Part shown: one piece after another, positions 1 through 10,021 of the stretch | How positions within the stretch are numbered: position 1 is the stretch's first letter | Layout: every line of letters begins with the position of its first letter | Sequence record: OZ035756.1 | DNA length: 64,000 bases | Direction: 5' to 3' (one strand) | Source of the DNA: Tequatrovirus LF73P3 | The notes under the pieces: generated by a model | Seen by the model: only the letters and a program-made list of their open reading frames with translations | Database searches by the model: none | What the model was told of the DNA's origin: nothing | Translations under genes and position numbers: made by a program

Positions 1-239
1 ACGAATAGTAGTATCATCATCAATCATCCAAATTCGTTGACCTGCATACATTTCAGTAATTGCTTTGCGAGTGCCAGCAATTCCATTAACATCATCGGGA
101 ATAGTTATAATTTTGGCTCTAGACCCGTAAGCATCATAATAAGCTTTTTCTTCATGTTTACGTACTACAATATGTGGTTCATAATCAGTCGGAAACATAT
201 CAAGGGCAGAAACTGCCCCTACACGTTGATAGCTTGGAA
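1..239 (-). CDS. Partial CDS (N-terminal ~79 aa; rest lies beyond the window start): GT-A type glycosyltransferase, not T4 beta-gt-like
   Basis: Reverse-strand translation from ATG at ~239 reads MIQFVIPSYQR...IWMIDDDTTIR with a DxD motif; sits where T4 has beta-gt, downstream of gene 42. Confidence 0.5.
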
Positions 240-251
240 TTACGAATTGAA

Positions 252-992
252 TCATTTCCACTCACCATTATAATCTTTTTTCGCAATATGAGTTTCACCA
301 GTTTTCCACCAATGGTCAACCAAATAAAAATGACGGGAATACACATGAAGGCTCCCGACATTCCATATAATGGAACCTGCTTTATACTGACGAGTTGAAT
401 CACCTGCATTCAAGTCAGATACTAATTTATCTAGTACGTATTTTTGCCATGCATAATCATTACGGAATCCGAAGACCACGTCATTTGAACGCATGCTTAC
501 TACTGCATTGACTTTCTTATCACGAATCAGGTATTGTACTGTATTCGTACACATGAAATCTGACATACCATCTTTATTGTAGTCAAATTGCATGGATGGA
601 CGAGTATAAATCATGATACCGCGTCGAGAATCAGGATTTTGACCAAGTTCAGCTAAACACATATCATACTGGGCATAGTTATCTTCTGACCAGATGGCCC
701 AACCATAATTCGAGTTAATTTCGCCTTTAGAAGATGCTACCTGTTGCCAAATCTTTGGTGTTTCACCCGGAATATCTTTAACAAACAAACTTTTAGATTT
801 ATACCATTCAAGTTCACGCTGAATGTATTCATCATTAAGAGCGCCAAAAATAAAAGGTTCATCTGCTACAAATGATGCACCAATAATTTCAATAGTTTTA
901 ACACCAGTTTTATCAATTACGAAATCTTTTTCCTTTAATGCAAGACCCAAATCAAGACGGATTTCTTCAACTGTCATATAATCGTTAATCAT
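252..992 (-). CDS. 42: dCMP hydroxymethylase gp42
   Basis: 246-aa ORF; sequence matches T4 gp42 as I recall it (MTVEEIRL...WNVGSLHVYSRHFY); position between the glycosyltransferase and imm. Confidence 0.93.
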   Translation of the reverse strand: MINDYMTVEEIRLDLGLALKEKDFVIDKTGVKTIEIIGASFVADEPFIFGALNDEYIQRELEWYKSKSLFVKDIPGETPKIWQQVASSKGEINSNYGWAIWSEDNYAQYDMCLAELGQNPDSRRGIMIYTRPSMQFDYNKDGMSDFMCTNTVQYLIRDKKVNAVVSMRSNDVVFGFRNDYAWQKYVLDKLVSDLNAGDSTRQYKAGSIIWNVGSLHVYSRHFYLVDHWWKTGETHIAKKDYNGEWK

Positions 993-1145
993 TTAAACCT
1001 CAATTGATGCATTCATATTTAACTTGTAACAGTAATAAACCCCAACCTATAATAAGTGTCGGAATCATAAGAGGAACTGTTACGCTATAGTATATACTTA
1101 TTATAATCATCAAGATTAAAAGCAATACTGCTAAAATTTTGCTTT

Positions 1146-1397
1146 TCATTCCTTCTCTCTGATGATAATTACTTGATTTTGCTGCACAGATTTTTTAGTT
1201 TCACCTGCAATTGACCAAATAAAGGTAATAAACCAACCAATAATTGACCAATTAAACAGTAAAGATGTGAAAAAGATTCCTACTGTCGATTTTGACCCAC
1301 GCATCAAGGCGATGAACCAAGGAAGCATGTATATAATAATAGCCAACACGCCTGAAACTAAAACCATAAAAATTGAACCTGCTACTAAAGTTTCCAT
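1146..1397 (-). CDS. imm: Small membrane protein, probable Imm (superinfection immunity)
   Basis: 83 aa with two hydrophobic helices; same size and position as T4 imm between 42 and 43. Confidence 0.7.
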   Translation of the reverse strand: METLVAGSIFMVLVSGVLAIIIYMLPWFIALMRGSKSTVGIFFTSLLFNWSIIGWFITFIWSIAGETKKSVQQNQVIIIREKE

Positions 1398-1404
1398 GTT
1401 TTCC

Positions 1405-1785
1405 TCACTTAGTCAAATTTTTTACGCATGAATTATAAGAATTCACTACATACTCCATTGGAGCATTTTTACCAGTACGCCATTGGTAATTATTAGCCCA
1501 ATTAGCCCAAAGTTCGGCGCAGTAGTTTTCAATTTTTTCTTCGCGTGTAATTACATCCGAATTACGATATGCTTGGGCAGATTCATCTGGACGAATAGCT
1601 TCATCAAAATTCGCCTGCATTTGTTCTACTGTCTGTTTTGGAGCTTCTTTATAACACTTAACATTAGGATTATAAAATTTGCTTGAACAATTTACAATTT
1701 TTCCTGCATCGGACTGATTTATTACTGGTCCTTGAGCTACACATCCAGTAAGACCCAATGCAATAACCAAAATAGCAATTTTCAT
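1405..1785 (-). CDS. Predicted lipoprotein (126 aa)
   Basis: N-terminal signal peptide with lipobox LTGC (MKIAILVIALGLTGC); immediately upstream of imm in the same operon. Confidence 0.6.
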   Translation of the reverse strand: MKIAILVIALGLTGCVAQGPVINQSDAGKIVNCSSKFYNPNVKCYKEAPKQTVEQMQANFDEAIRPDESAQAYRNSDVITREEKIENYCAELWANWANNYQWRTGKNAPMEYVVNSYNSCVKNLTK

Positions 1786-1795
1786 AATAATTTCC

Positions 1796-2050
1796 TCAAA
1801 TACAAGTAGTAATTACTCCAGTAGTGCTTATACAGGTATTACCTAATTGAACACCAAGCGTTCCATTAGTATTCATATGAAGATTATCATCAATTTTTGT
1901 TGATACTTTACCATTCATGTGAATAACAGTATTAGATTCAATCACATTCTGAGTGTCATTTTCAATATCAATAAATGGAACAGATGCTAATGCAACTAGA
2001 ACAGCTGCTAATGCAACTAAACACGCTGCTAAACAACCATAAACAATTTT
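1796..2050 (-). CDS. Small secreted/membrane protein (~84 aa)
   Basis: Track ORF 1796..2242 trimmed to internal Met (MKIVYGCLAACLVALAAVLVALA...) because the 5' extension overlaps an early promoter and gene 43; hydrophobic signal-like N-terminus. Confidence 0.45.
   Translation of the reverse strand, partial: KIVYGCLAACLVALAAVLVALASVPFIDIENDTQNVIESNTVIHMNGKVSTKIDDNLHMNTNGTLGVQLGNTCISTTGVITTCI
1983..2035. repeat. Short tandem repeat (gctaatgcaacta-like unit, ~2.5 copies) inside the signal-peptide coding region
   Basis: Direct reading: gctaatgcaactagaacagctgctaatgcaactaaacacgctgctaaacaacc; encodes the repeated AAVLVALA segment. Confidence 0.5.
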
Positions 2051-2085
2051 CATTTCATTCTCCAAATCCGTATCAGTTGATAGTT

Positions 2086-2120
2086 GTATAGTACCATGGA
2101 AGAACAGGGATGTAAACAGT
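2086..2120 (-). promoter_or_regulatory. T4-type early (sigma70) promoter
   Basis: Minus strand reads GTTTAC-18 nt-TACTAT with an A/T-rich upstream tract; same ~60-bp element recurs at >10 sites in the window. Confidence 0.6.
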
Positions 2121-2200
2121 TTTGTGAAAAAATTTTTAATGAATTTACAGGACCTAGAATCATCTATTTTTCCTAAGTATAGATTTATATTACTTGTATG

Positions 2201-2222
2201 AAAAAGGGACCCGGAGGTCCCT
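2201..2222 (-). terminator. Intrinsic terminator downstream of gene 43
   Basis: Minus strand: GGGACC-UCCG-GGUCCC hairpin followed by UUUUU. Confidence 0.7.
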
Positions 2223-2234
2223 AGATTTATTCTA

Positions 2235-4931
2235 TCAGCCAAACAGGAAGTCTAACGAAGCTTTTTCCTCATAGTCCATACCTGCCGATTCACACATGCC
2301 CGCAAGCGGTTTAACAAACGATTTTTGGAACAAAGTTGAGTAGTCAATCCAAGACAGTACGTCAGAACGAATTTCTTTTGGAAGTTCTGTGCCTGATGGC
2401 CAAGCAATGCACTTGTCACCAAATGGATTTCCTTCACGTAATGGAAGAACCATTACCTTATTTCCATCCAAAATTGGAGCTACACCTAAACCGCTAACAG
2501 CTCGACGATAAGTTAGCACACCACGAATATGGAACGGACATTTAAATCCTGGCCAACCTTTATCATCATATTTCGCTATATCGTTCGCAGTTTTTACTTC
2601 AGCAATAACTTTATAGTCAAGTTGACGATATTCTTTCTCAAAGTTCTTGTAGTATTCTTGGACAGACTCTTCACCTTCCTGAAGAATACGACGAATACTT
2701 TCTTCGAGAGCTTCTTGTACTGCTTTTGGTGTTGAGCTCTGCTGAGTTTCCATACCCATAATTTTTAGATGCGGTTCGGCAAATCGCTTATCTTCCATAT
2801 CATAAACGTTCAGAGCATAACGTTTTTTCGCTTTCCAAAATCCACCAACACCCTTTGAACCAAGCGGAGGGCAAGAAATAGCTTCACGGTCCATATGCAT
2901 CAGATGCTCGCGGTTATTCATATAATCACATAACTCACGATATGCAACATCAATCATAGGTTCCATCTTTTTCTTACCGAACTGATTCATGAATTCAACT
3001 AAATCATTTTGTTCTTTAAAGCGGTCAAGACCTACTTTTTCAATTACTTTATCTACACAAACATATACCGAATCAGTATCACCTGCTGCGATGAAATCTT
3101 CACCATTAGTTCCACATACTTTATTCAGATATTCATTAATTTTGCGAGCAATCCATTGAATACCGACTTGACCGAAAATTGTGATAGCAGTAGCATTTCG
3201 CAAATCATAGTAGCGGAAATGAATATTACCAAGAGCACCATAAAGACTGTTAATAAGAATTTTACGGTTCAGCTGATTTGTGTTAGCAAGTGTAGCAGCT
3301 TTTTCGCATTCTTCGATCAGACTATTAAGTACAGATTCAGTGTAATTCGATAATTCGTTTAAGAAATCATCACTGAACTTAACATATCGTTCAACTTCTG
3401 GTTTAGTTGAACAAGACCCTGCACCTTTCATAATAATCTTTTTAATAGCTTCGGCATTCATTTCTTCCGCGAACATTTTCTTTTTCCAATCTTTACGCTG
3501 GAAAAATACTTTAGCGATTTCCTTTGGAATGATACCTTCTTGGTGCTTATCATACATCCATCCATTCGGAGAGCAAGAATATTCATCACTTGGCTTAGGA
3601 GCTGTTCCTGCGATATATTCATGAATTGGATGAACTTTAAACTGCCCACGAATAGTCTCAGGACTAATGTTAACCTGACGAATAATGCTAGGATACAGAG
3701 ACGTCAAGTCAAAACTCATAATGTATCGACGAGCAATCGGTTTAGGTTCAAACACAAATGCACCTGGAAAACTCTGTTTAACGTGCGAACCTTGTTGAGG
3801 AATAACCTTATGTTCACCTTTCAGTGAGTTAAAAATAATAGCATCCCAAGTTTTAATAGGACTCATTACACCAGAAAAAGGCATTTTAGCGTAATAAGAC
3901 ATACTTAAAACTAGATCGATAAACCCACGAATTTTATCAATTGCTTGAACTGATTCTACGTCAATGATGTTATAACTAATGTATCGTTGATGATTAGTCT
4001 CACGAAGTTTATTAATAGGACCATCGTACGGCAATTTACCTTTTTTGGTTTCATGTTGAGCAACTGATTCCAAAGAGAACGATGGCAAATTAGTAAATGC
4101 GAATTTCTTGTACAAATCTAAATAATCAAGAATAGATACGCCATCAATAGAATAAATTTCTTTACTACCGTACATATTTTGAATTAGTTTAGATTTTACT
4201 CGACCGATTGGAGAGAAGCGTTTCATACTACGTTCACCGAGAACCATTTTAACACGATTCATGATATACGGAACGTCAAATCCCTCAATATTCCAACCGG
4301 TAAAAATAGCAGGTCGTTTCTGTTCCCAGAGATTAATATATTCCATGAGCATATCACGCTCATTATCAAATGGCATATAAATTACTCGGTCAAGAATTTC
4401 TTGAGGAACTTCATCACCACCTTCACAGTCAAGCTTAGCAGCTAACTTTGCGTCCCATTTTGATACTGAACCGTACATTGAATTCAACAAATCAAAGACG
4501 TAAAAACGATCGTCAATTGAATCATAATGAGTGATAGCATCAATTTCATATTCTGCTTTCATTGGGTCAGGAAATTTATCACCAGTAACCTCAATGTCAC
4601 AGTTAGCTACACGAACAAATTTTCGGTCATAAACAATTTCTGAACCATATGTATCACTGATATAAGCGAGTTTAAAATCGTTCATACCGAGAGCTTCGAG
4701 ACCAATGTCTTCCATTCGTTTCATCCAGTCTCGTGCATCTTTCATTGATGGAAATTTTTGAGGAGCACAATTTTTACCATAAATGTCTTTGTATTTTGAC
4801 TCTTCCTTACAATGCCTAAACATAGTCGGAAGATATTCTACTTCACGGGTACGTTCCTTTCCGTTTTCATCAATATAACGCTCAACAATATTATTTCCGA
4901 CTGTTTCGATAGAGATATAAAATTCTTTCAT
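2235..4931 (-). CDS. 43: DNA polymerase gp43 (family B)
   Basis: 898-aa ORF beginning MKEFYISIETVGNNIVERYIDENGKERTREVEYLPTMF, essentially the T4 gp43 sequence as I recall it; exonuclease and polymerase motifs present (FDIE, YGDTDS). Confidence 0.98.
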   Translation of the reverse strand: MKEFYISIETVGNNIVERYIDENGKERTREVEYLPTMFRHCKEESKYKDIYGKNCAPQKFPSMKDARDWMKRMEDIGLEALGMNDFKLAYISDTYGSEIVYDRKFVRVANCDIEVTGDKFPDPMKAEYEIDAITHYDSIDDRFYVFDLLNSMYGSVSKWDAKLAAKLDCEGGDEVPQEILDRVIYMPFDNERDMLMEYINLWEQKRPAIFTGWNIEGFDVPYIMNRVKMVLGERSMKRFSPIGRVKSKLIQNMYGSKEIYSIDGVSILDYLDLYKKFAFTNLPSFSLESVAQHETKKGKLPYDGPINKLRETNHQRYISYNIIDVESVQAIDKIRGFIDLVLSMSYYAKMPFSGVMSPIKTWDAIIFNSLKGEHKVIPQQGSHVKQSFPGAFVFEPKPIARRYIMSFDLTSLYPSIIRQVNISPETIRGQFKVHPIHEYIAGTAPKPSDEYSCSPNGWMYDKHQEGIIPKEIAKVFFQRKDWKKKMFAEEMNAEAIKKIIMKGAGSCSTKPEVERYVKFSDDFLNELSNYTESVLNSLIEECEKAATLANTNQLNRKILINSLYGALGNIHFRYYDLRNATAITIFGQVGIQWIARKINEYLNKVCGTNGEDFIAAGDTDSVYVCVDKVIEKVGLDRFKEQNDLVEFMNQFGKKKMEPMIDVAYRELCDYMNNREHLMHMDREAISCPPLGSKGVGGFWKAKKRYALNVYDMEDKRFAEPHLKIMGMETQQSSTPKAVQEALEESIRRILQEGEESVQEYYKNFEKEYRQLDYKVIAEVKTANDIAKYDDKGWPGFKCPFHIRGVLTYRRAVSGLGVAPILDGNKVMVLPLREGNPFGDKCIAWPSGTELPKEIRSDVLSWIDYSTLFQKSFVKPLAGMCESAGMDYEEKASLDFLFG

Positions 4932-4975
4932 AGATATTCCTTAGTTTATAGCCCGAGTTATTAGGCTCTTGATAT
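4932..4975 (-). promoter_or_regulatory. Candidate gp43 translational operator (hairpin plus RBS)
   Basis: Minus strand reads GAGCCUAAUAACUCGGGCUAUAAACUAAGGAAUAUCUAUG: hairpin immediately 5' of the Shine-Dalgarno; T4 gp43 is known to autoregulate via such an operator. Confidence 0.5.
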
Positions 4976-4989
4976 ATTATACTCCAAAT

Positions 4990-5009
4990 AAGGGGCCGAA
5001 GCCCCTTGC
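4990..5009 (-). terminator. GC hairpin with UUCG loop after regA
   Basis: Minus strand GGGGCUUCGGCCCC followed by U-rich tract. Confidence 0.55.
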
Positions 5010-5378
5010 TTAATTACCAATCGTATATTTTGGAACGAGTTTCCATTCATGTTTTTGTTTAAAAGAAATAACTCGGAAGTTATTAGTTAAATCTTTCATA
5101 AAAGTTCTTTGACCAGGAACGATTTCAATCAGTCCCCAATCTTCTAACAGCCACGCAATCGAATCACGACGAACTTCATCTTCTTCTGTCATTTCAACCT
5201 GACGGCCATCCATACGAAGCATTTCTTTAAAATGAACGATATAGTATAGTCCTTTTTTCTGAAGAATATGACAGGACTGATACAGAACTTTATCTTTATT
5301 ATTAGCAATTCCCATACGAGTCAAGGTTTCTTTTACTTTCAGAAAATCTTCAGGTTTTTTAAGAGTAATTTCAATCAT
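5010..5378 (-). CDS. regA: RegA translational repressor
   Basis: 122 aa; sequence matches T4 RegA as I recall it (MIEITLKKPEDFLKVKETL...); position directly upstream of 43. Confidence 0.93.
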   Translation of the reverse strand: MIEITLKKPEDFLKVKETLTRMGIANNKDKVLYQSCHILQKKGLYYIVHFKEMLRMDGRQVEMTEEDEVRRDSIAWLLEDWGLIEIVPGQRTFMKDLTNNFRVISFKQKHEWKLVPKYTIGN

Positions 5379-5379
5379 T

Positions 5380-5943
5380 TTACCATTCCAATGCTAGTTT
5401 TTTGAGTTGTTTCTGTTCTTTTACGTTCTTAGTCACTTCTTTCAAAAAATCATCCGTGACTAAACCTTTTAGTTCTTTTAATACTAAAGGAAGTTTTCCA
5501 TTTTTAGTAAGAATTGATTTATAGTTAATTGCATCATTTGTATTAACTTGATACCGCTTAGCAAGTAACTTAATAATCAATACTTCGGTAGAATCTTCGA
5601 CCAGTTTTGCCCATTTACCATATCTTTTACCCCGAGGAACAGCAGCCATCAGATAATTAAAATGGGCTTCATCGCTTAAACCTGATCCAATTAAATTCAT
5701 AGCATATACAGCTGGCATGCATTCAGGAAATTGTGATAATGCATTCTCAACCATGTATTTTGAATAATCTTTTTGAGCAATAGAGCATTTAGTTTTATTA
5801 TTAATAGCTCCAATTATTTCAAAAAATTCATTTTCAGCTTTTTCCTTAAAAGAATCAGCAGCAGATTGGACAGCTGTCCAATCTTTTGAATACCAAGCAA
5901 CTTGATGCTCGTTTAATTGAATATCATCTTCAAATAAGCTCAT
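5380..5943 (-). CDS. 62: Clamp loader small subunit gp62
   Basis: 187 aa; size and synteny (between regA and 44) as in T4. Confidence 0.88.
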   Translation of the reverse strand: MSLFEDDIQLNEHQVAWYSKDWTAVQSAADSFKEKAENEFFEIIGAINNKTKCSIAQKDYSKYMVENALSQFPECMPAVYAMNLIGSGLSDEAHFNYLMAAVPRGKRYGKWAKLVEDSTEVLIIKLLAKRYQVNTNDAINYKSILTKNGKLPLVLKELKGLVTDDFLKEVTKNVKEQKQLKKLALEW

Positions 5944-5944
5944 A

Positions 5945-6904
5945 TCACTTCCACTGCATTTCGCATGCTAATTGAATGAAAAGATATGCTAAATGTAATT
6001 CCGTATTAGCCGCAATTCCATGATACTGGTTATTTTCACCAACAATTTCATACATACGAATAATACTTTGCGGAGTTACACGTGTATAGATTTCTTCGGC
6101 AAGTTTACCTACGAACCACGAATAATCAGCTGCATATTTTGGCGCTAAAGCTCTGAGCTGTTTAACATCTTTATTTTTGAGAGACTCAAGAACATCATCA
6201 ATAGCACCACGATCGTTAGTAACCAGTGATAAAATACCAGCATCCAAAACACCTTTAGATGAATAACTATCGAGCTCACCAATAGTTTTACGAAAATCAG
6301 GAAAATTCTTTTTAACCAAAGCTGCTACAACTTTCATATCAGCTATAGCAATTCCTTCATGCTTGCAGATTTCAGTCAATCGACGAATCATCTGCTTCAT
6401 CATTTCAATTTTATCTTCATCAGTCGGTTGACCGAACGTAATAACTCGGCAGCGTGACTGAAGCGGTTTAATAATACCATCAATATTGTTAGCAGTAATA
6501 ATAATACTGCAGTTTGAACTATAAGCTTCCATAAAGGAACGAAGATGTCGCTGAGACTCTGCTAACCCTGAACGGTCAAATTCATCAATAACGATTACTT
6601 TTTGACGACCATCAAATGAAGCTGCACTAGCAAAATTAGTCAAAGGACCACGAACGAAATCAATTTTACAGTCTGATCCATTCACAAACATCATATCAGC
6701 ATTTACATCATGACACAATGCTTTTGCTACAGTTGTTTTACCTGTTCCTGGAGAAGGAGAATGAAGAATAATATGTGGAATTTTACCTTTACTTGTAATA
6801 GATTTAAAGGTTTCTTTATCAAAGGCGGGAAGAATACATTCATCGATAGTAGATGGACGATATTTCTGTTCAAGAATGTGTTCTTTTTCATTTACAGTAA
6901 TCAT
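5945..6904 (-). CDS. 44: Clamp loader ATPase gp44 (AAA+)
   Basis: Walker A GTGKTT and arginine-finger SRC motif; start likely at internal MITVNEKEH (about 319 aa) rather than the track's longer ORF. Confidence 0.93.
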   Translation of the reverse strand: MITVNEKEHILEQKYRPSTIDECILPAFDKETFKSITSKGKIPHIILHSPSPGTGKTTVAKALCHDVNADMMFVNGSDCKIDFVRGPLTNFASAASFDGRQKVIVIDEFDRSGLAESQRHLRSFMEAYSSNCSIIITANNIDGIIKPLQSRCRVITFGQPTDEDKIEMMKQMIRRLTEICKHEGIAIADMKVVAALVKKNFPDFRKTIGELDSYSSKGVLDAGILSLVTNDRGAIDDVLESLKNKDVKQLRALAPKYAADYSWFVGKLAEEIYTRVTPQSIIRMYEIVGENNQYHGIAANTELHLAYLFIQLACEMQWK

Positions 6905-6935
6905 AATTTCCTCATTCAAGTTTTAGTGTAAATTT

Positions 6936-6953
6936 AAGGGCCGAAGCCCTTTA
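6936..6953. other. Intercistronic GC hairpin (GGGCCGAAGCCC) between genes 45 and 44
   Basis: Perfect stem with 4-nt loop; same motif recurs at ~4995, 11650, 12920, 15290, 43010. Confidence 0.5.
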
Positions 6954-7640
6954 TTAAAAGTCGTGGGTAGAATCAGCTTCAAGAGCTACTACATAATTCG
7001 CGTGTTCACCTTCAAATTTAGCAGCACCCTGTTTACCTTTTGCCCAGAGCAGAAGTTTATAATTTCCTGGTTGCATTTTCATATTTGCCATGTTGATAAT
7101 GAAATTAAATGTATTTTCACCATCATAATCACCAAGAGTCAAAGAATATTTAACACGGGTCAAAGCAGAATCTTCTACTTTATTAAAACCGTTAATTACG
7201 ATTTTACCTTCTTTTACTGTGATAGCAATTGTATCAATCTGCAGACCACGAGATACACGCAATAGTTGTTGAAGGTCTTCAGCTTTAATTTCGGTAACAA
7301 CAGATGCTACCGGAAATGGAATTGGTTTATTAGGAGCAACTACTGTACTCGGATCGGCTGCTGGCCAAAAAATTGTTGAACGAGCATCAGCAATTTTAAT
7401 ATTTCCATCTTCTGACTGGGAAATTTCTGCATCATCATTAACTAGAGACAGAATACCGAGAAAACCGTTCAAATCGTAAATCGCTACATCAAAATCAATA
7501 GTGTCGGAAATATTTGCTTCCGCATAAGTTGTACCATTAACTGCGCGAGTCATAATAAATTGACCAGATTTAAGCATAATGCCAGAGTTAATAGTAGCGA
7601 AATTTTTAAGCAGAGCAGTAGTATCTTTAGACAGTTTCAT
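6954..7640 (-). CDS. 45: Sliding clamp gp45
   Basis: 228 aa; size and synteny as T4 gp45 (MKLSKDTTALLKNFATINSGIMLKSGQFIMTRAVNGTTYAEANISD). Confidence 0.9.
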   Translation of the reverse strand: MKLSKDTTALLKNFATINSGIMLKSGQFIMTRAVNGTTYAEANISDTIDFDVAIYDLNGFLGILSLVNDDAEISQSEDGNIKIADARSTIFWPAADPSTVVAPNKPIPFPVASVVTEIKAEDLQQLLRVSRGLQIDTIAITVKEGKIVINGFNKVEDSALTRVKYSLTLGDYDGENTFNFIINMANMKMQPGNYKLLLWAKGKQGAAKFEGEHANYVVALEADSTHDF

Positions 7641-7649
7641 GTAATTTCC

Positions 7650-7678
7650 TTCAATTCAAGTGAGATTTAATTTTATAA
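7650..7678 (-). promoter_or_regulatory. MotA-dependent middle promoter upstream of gene 45
   Basis: Minus strand: TTGCTTTA (MotA box) ~12 nt upstream of TAAAAT. Confidence 0.5.
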
Positions 7679-7695
7679 CTAATTTAATAAAGCAA

Positions 7696-8085
7696 TTAAC
7701 GATTAAAATCGGCAGCAATTGTTTCCGCAACAAGTTGAGCAGCAACAATTAGACGTTCATCTGCATTACCGCAATAATCATCTTCAAGGCGCTCACCACA
7801 TGAAGTCATAATAAATTTAGCACCAGCATTTAAAGATTCTGTCGTATGTTTGCGCATTAGTTCAATCCATTTATTACTTACTTCACGATCGATAGCTTCA
7901 TAATACGCATGACGAGCAGGTGCAGATTTAATTTTGCTCTGAATAACTTCCATCGCGTTATCAGAAAGAGACAAAACCCATGCTCGACGAATTTTATTTT
8001 GGTTTTGTGGATTTGATTCAGAACGCACGTGTTTTGGCTGAATATCTTTTACATCAACAGTATAATTCACAGTAATTTTAGTCAT
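7696..8085 (-). CDS. rpbA: RNA polymerase-binding protein RpbA
   Basis: 129 aa ORF in the T4 rpbA position between 45 and 46. Confidence 0.75.
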   Translation of the reverse strand: MTKITVNYTVDVKDIQPKHVRSESNPQNQNKIRRAWVLSLSDNAMEVIQSKIKSAPARHAYYEAIDREVSNKWIELMRKHTTESLNAGAKFIMTSCGERLEDDYCGNADERLIVAAQLVAETIAADFNR

Positions 8086-8094
8086 AATACACCT

Positions 8095-8283
8095 TTAGTC
8101 ATAATAATCAGTAACAGTCCAAGCTTCATTTCTGTTGGACATTATTTTCGTATATTCTGATTTAAATGCATTCTTAAGCATAGATTCAGTAACTATATGC
8201 TCTTCATTAGAAAAATTATTTCTCAGAATATATCGTTTTATTTCAGGAATAGTTAATAGATGCTGTCCAGTTGAATATTCCAT
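8095..8283 (-). CDS. Hypothetical protein (62 aa; T4 45.2 position)
   Basis: Compact ORF with its own RBS; synteny only. Confidence 0.5.
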   Translation of the reverse strand: MEYSTGQHLLTIPEIKRYILRNNFSNEEHIVTESMLKNAFKSEYTKIMSNRNEAWTVTDYYD

Positions 8284-8297
8284 GTTTTTCCTCCATA

Positions 8298-8326
8298 GAG
8301 ATTATACTCTAATAAATTAAAGCATA
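8298..8326 (-). promoter_or_regulatory. MotA-dependent middle promoter
   Basis: Minus strand: TATGCTTTA ~12 nt upstream of TATAAT. Confidence 0.5.
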
Positions 8327-8338
8327 ATCTCTTATAAA

Positions 8339-10021
8339 TTAAACCATTACAGTAAATCGACCAACTTTCTTCATTTGAAGATGCTGACCATATTCTTGCG
8401 GGTCATGGTCTTTATGTGAAATTATAAAAACATTAGTATTTTTCATTGAATTTATAATATTAGCTACACCTTTAATACCTTCGGCATCAAATGATCCATC
8501 AAACACTTCATCAAGAATTAATGTACTAATACTAACACCAGATACGATAGAAGCAATATCACGCCAAGTAAATAAAAGAGCAATATCGATTCGTGCTTTT
8601 TCACCTTCACTAAATGAAGCATAACTAAAATCTTCACGACCGCGGGATTTAATTGTCTCATTAAATTCTTCATCTAATGTAAACACATAATCCGCTTCCA
8701 TTATTTTAAGATAATGGTTAATCTGCTTATTAAATAATGGAATGTACTTTTTAATGATAGCACCTTTAATACCAGAATCTTTGAGCATATCAGTCAAAAT
8801 TCCTCTGTGGTATTTTTCCATTACTAAATTAGTTTTTGTCTTAACAATTTTATCAAGTTCTTCTTGAAGCAGTGCTATTTCATCAGCATGGTCAATAAAC
8901 TCAGATGATGCTTTTTCTATAGCTGCTTTAACTTTTTTAGCTTTATCTACCGTCGTGATTAGAGATTGCTTTTTATTGCGAATATCATTCGCCAACGTCT
9001 GCTGGGTTTTAATATTATCTCGGTATTCATCAACGAGAACTTTTAAATTATCACGATGTGTTGAAAGCTGTTCAAACGAATGCGTGCATTCAGAAACTTT
9101 ATCTTTAATTTTAGAAACAACTTTATCACCGGAACTTAATTGTGACAAACAGGTTGGACATAATCCACCTTCGTGATACATATTAATGACTTTATTATAC
9201 GAGTCAATTTTTGATTTAATTAAAAATGCTTCTTGACCGATTTTATTAAATGCATCAGTTGGGTCTTCATCCAAAACAATATTAACTAATCTTTCATTAG
9301 CTTCTTCTATTTCCGATTTTAACGTTCTAGCTTCTTTCGCCAAATCATCATACATATTCTGCAGACGAGTAAGGTTATCACCAGTTAATTTTTTCTGACG
9401 TTCAACGTTATCATTATATATTTTAATTTGCTGGATAATACTATCTTTTTTAACATCAAGCACTTGGTTTTGTGAATTTAATTCACGTATTAGTGCTTTA
9501 TTAAGCTTATCCATTTCAGCTAATGTTCCTACCTCGAGCAGGTCTTCGACGAGTTTTCTTCTTGCAGGAGTGGATAGGCCCATAAAAGGGGTATACCCTG
9601 CTGTACCAAGGACAACAATCTGTTTGAAACTGGCATATGACATTCCGATAAGCTGTTCAAATTCTGCTTGGAAATCTTTACTGCTGGCAGATTCATTAAG
9701 ACGTGTACCGTTAACGGTGATTTCGAAAACATTCGGTTTTTGTCCTCTTTTGATATAGTACTTTTTCTCATCATATTCCATCCACAGTTCAACTAAAAGT
9801 TCTTTCTTATTTGTGCTGTTTATTAATTGACCTTTCTTTACATCACGAAATGGCTTGCCAAAAAGCCCAAATGTGATGGCTTCTAACATAGTAGACTTAC
9901 CACCGCCATTTCGTCCAGTAATAAGAGTTTTTTGAACCTTATCTAGTTGAATGTCAATAGGATTTCCACCTACTGACATTATATTTTGATACCTAACTCG
10001 GTTTAGTTTAAAATTCTTCAC
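8339..10021 (-). CDS. 46: Recombination nuclease subunit gp46 (Rad50/SbcC-like ATPase)
   Basis: 560 aa; Walker A GRNGGGKST at N-terminus, long coiled coil, CPTC zinc hook-like motif, C-terminal signature/Walker B (LILDEVFDGS). Confidence 0.92.
   Translation of the reverse strand: MKNFKLNRVRYQNIMSVGGNPIDIQLDKVQKTLITGRNGGGKSTMLEAITFGLFGKPFRDVKKGQLINSTNKKELLVELWMEYDEKKYYIKRGQKPNVFEITVNGTRLNESASSKDFQAEFEQLIGMSYASFKQIVVLGTAGYTPFMGLSTPARRKLVEDLLEVGTLAEMDKLNKALIRELNSQNQVLDVKKDSIIQQIKIYNDNVERQKKLTGDNLTRLQNMYDDLAKEARTLKSEIEEANERLVNIVLDEDPTDAFNKIGQEAFLIKSKIDSYNKVINMYHEGGLCPTCLSQLSSGDKVVSKIKDKVSECTHSFEQLSTHRDNLKVLVDEYRDNIKTQQTLANDIRNKKQSLITTVDKAKKVKAAIEKASSEFIDHADEIALLQEELDKIVKTKTNLVMEKYHRGILTDMLKDSGIKGAIIKKYIPLFNKQINHYLKIMEADYVFTLDEEFNETIKSRGREDFSYASFSEGEKARIDIALLFTWRDIASIVSGVSISTLILDEVFDGSFDAEGIKGVANIINSMKNTNVFIISHKDHDPQEYGQHLQMKKVGRFTVMV

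Noticed and set aside
3009-3827. Plus-strand ORFs inside gene 43 (3009..3353, 3540..3827) and minus-strand ORFs 2252..2437, 3458..3649
   Set aside because: They are embedded in the well-supported gp43 reading frame and have low-complexity, stop-poor AT-rich translations; typical shadow ORFs.
6710-7265. Plus-strand ORFs 6710..6931 and 6963..7265
   Set aside because: Antisense to genes 44 and 45; no promoter or RBS; shadow ORFs.
9529-9792. ORF 9529..9792 (87 aa) inside gene 46
   Set aside because: Alternative frame within the gp46 coiled-coil region; no independent support.
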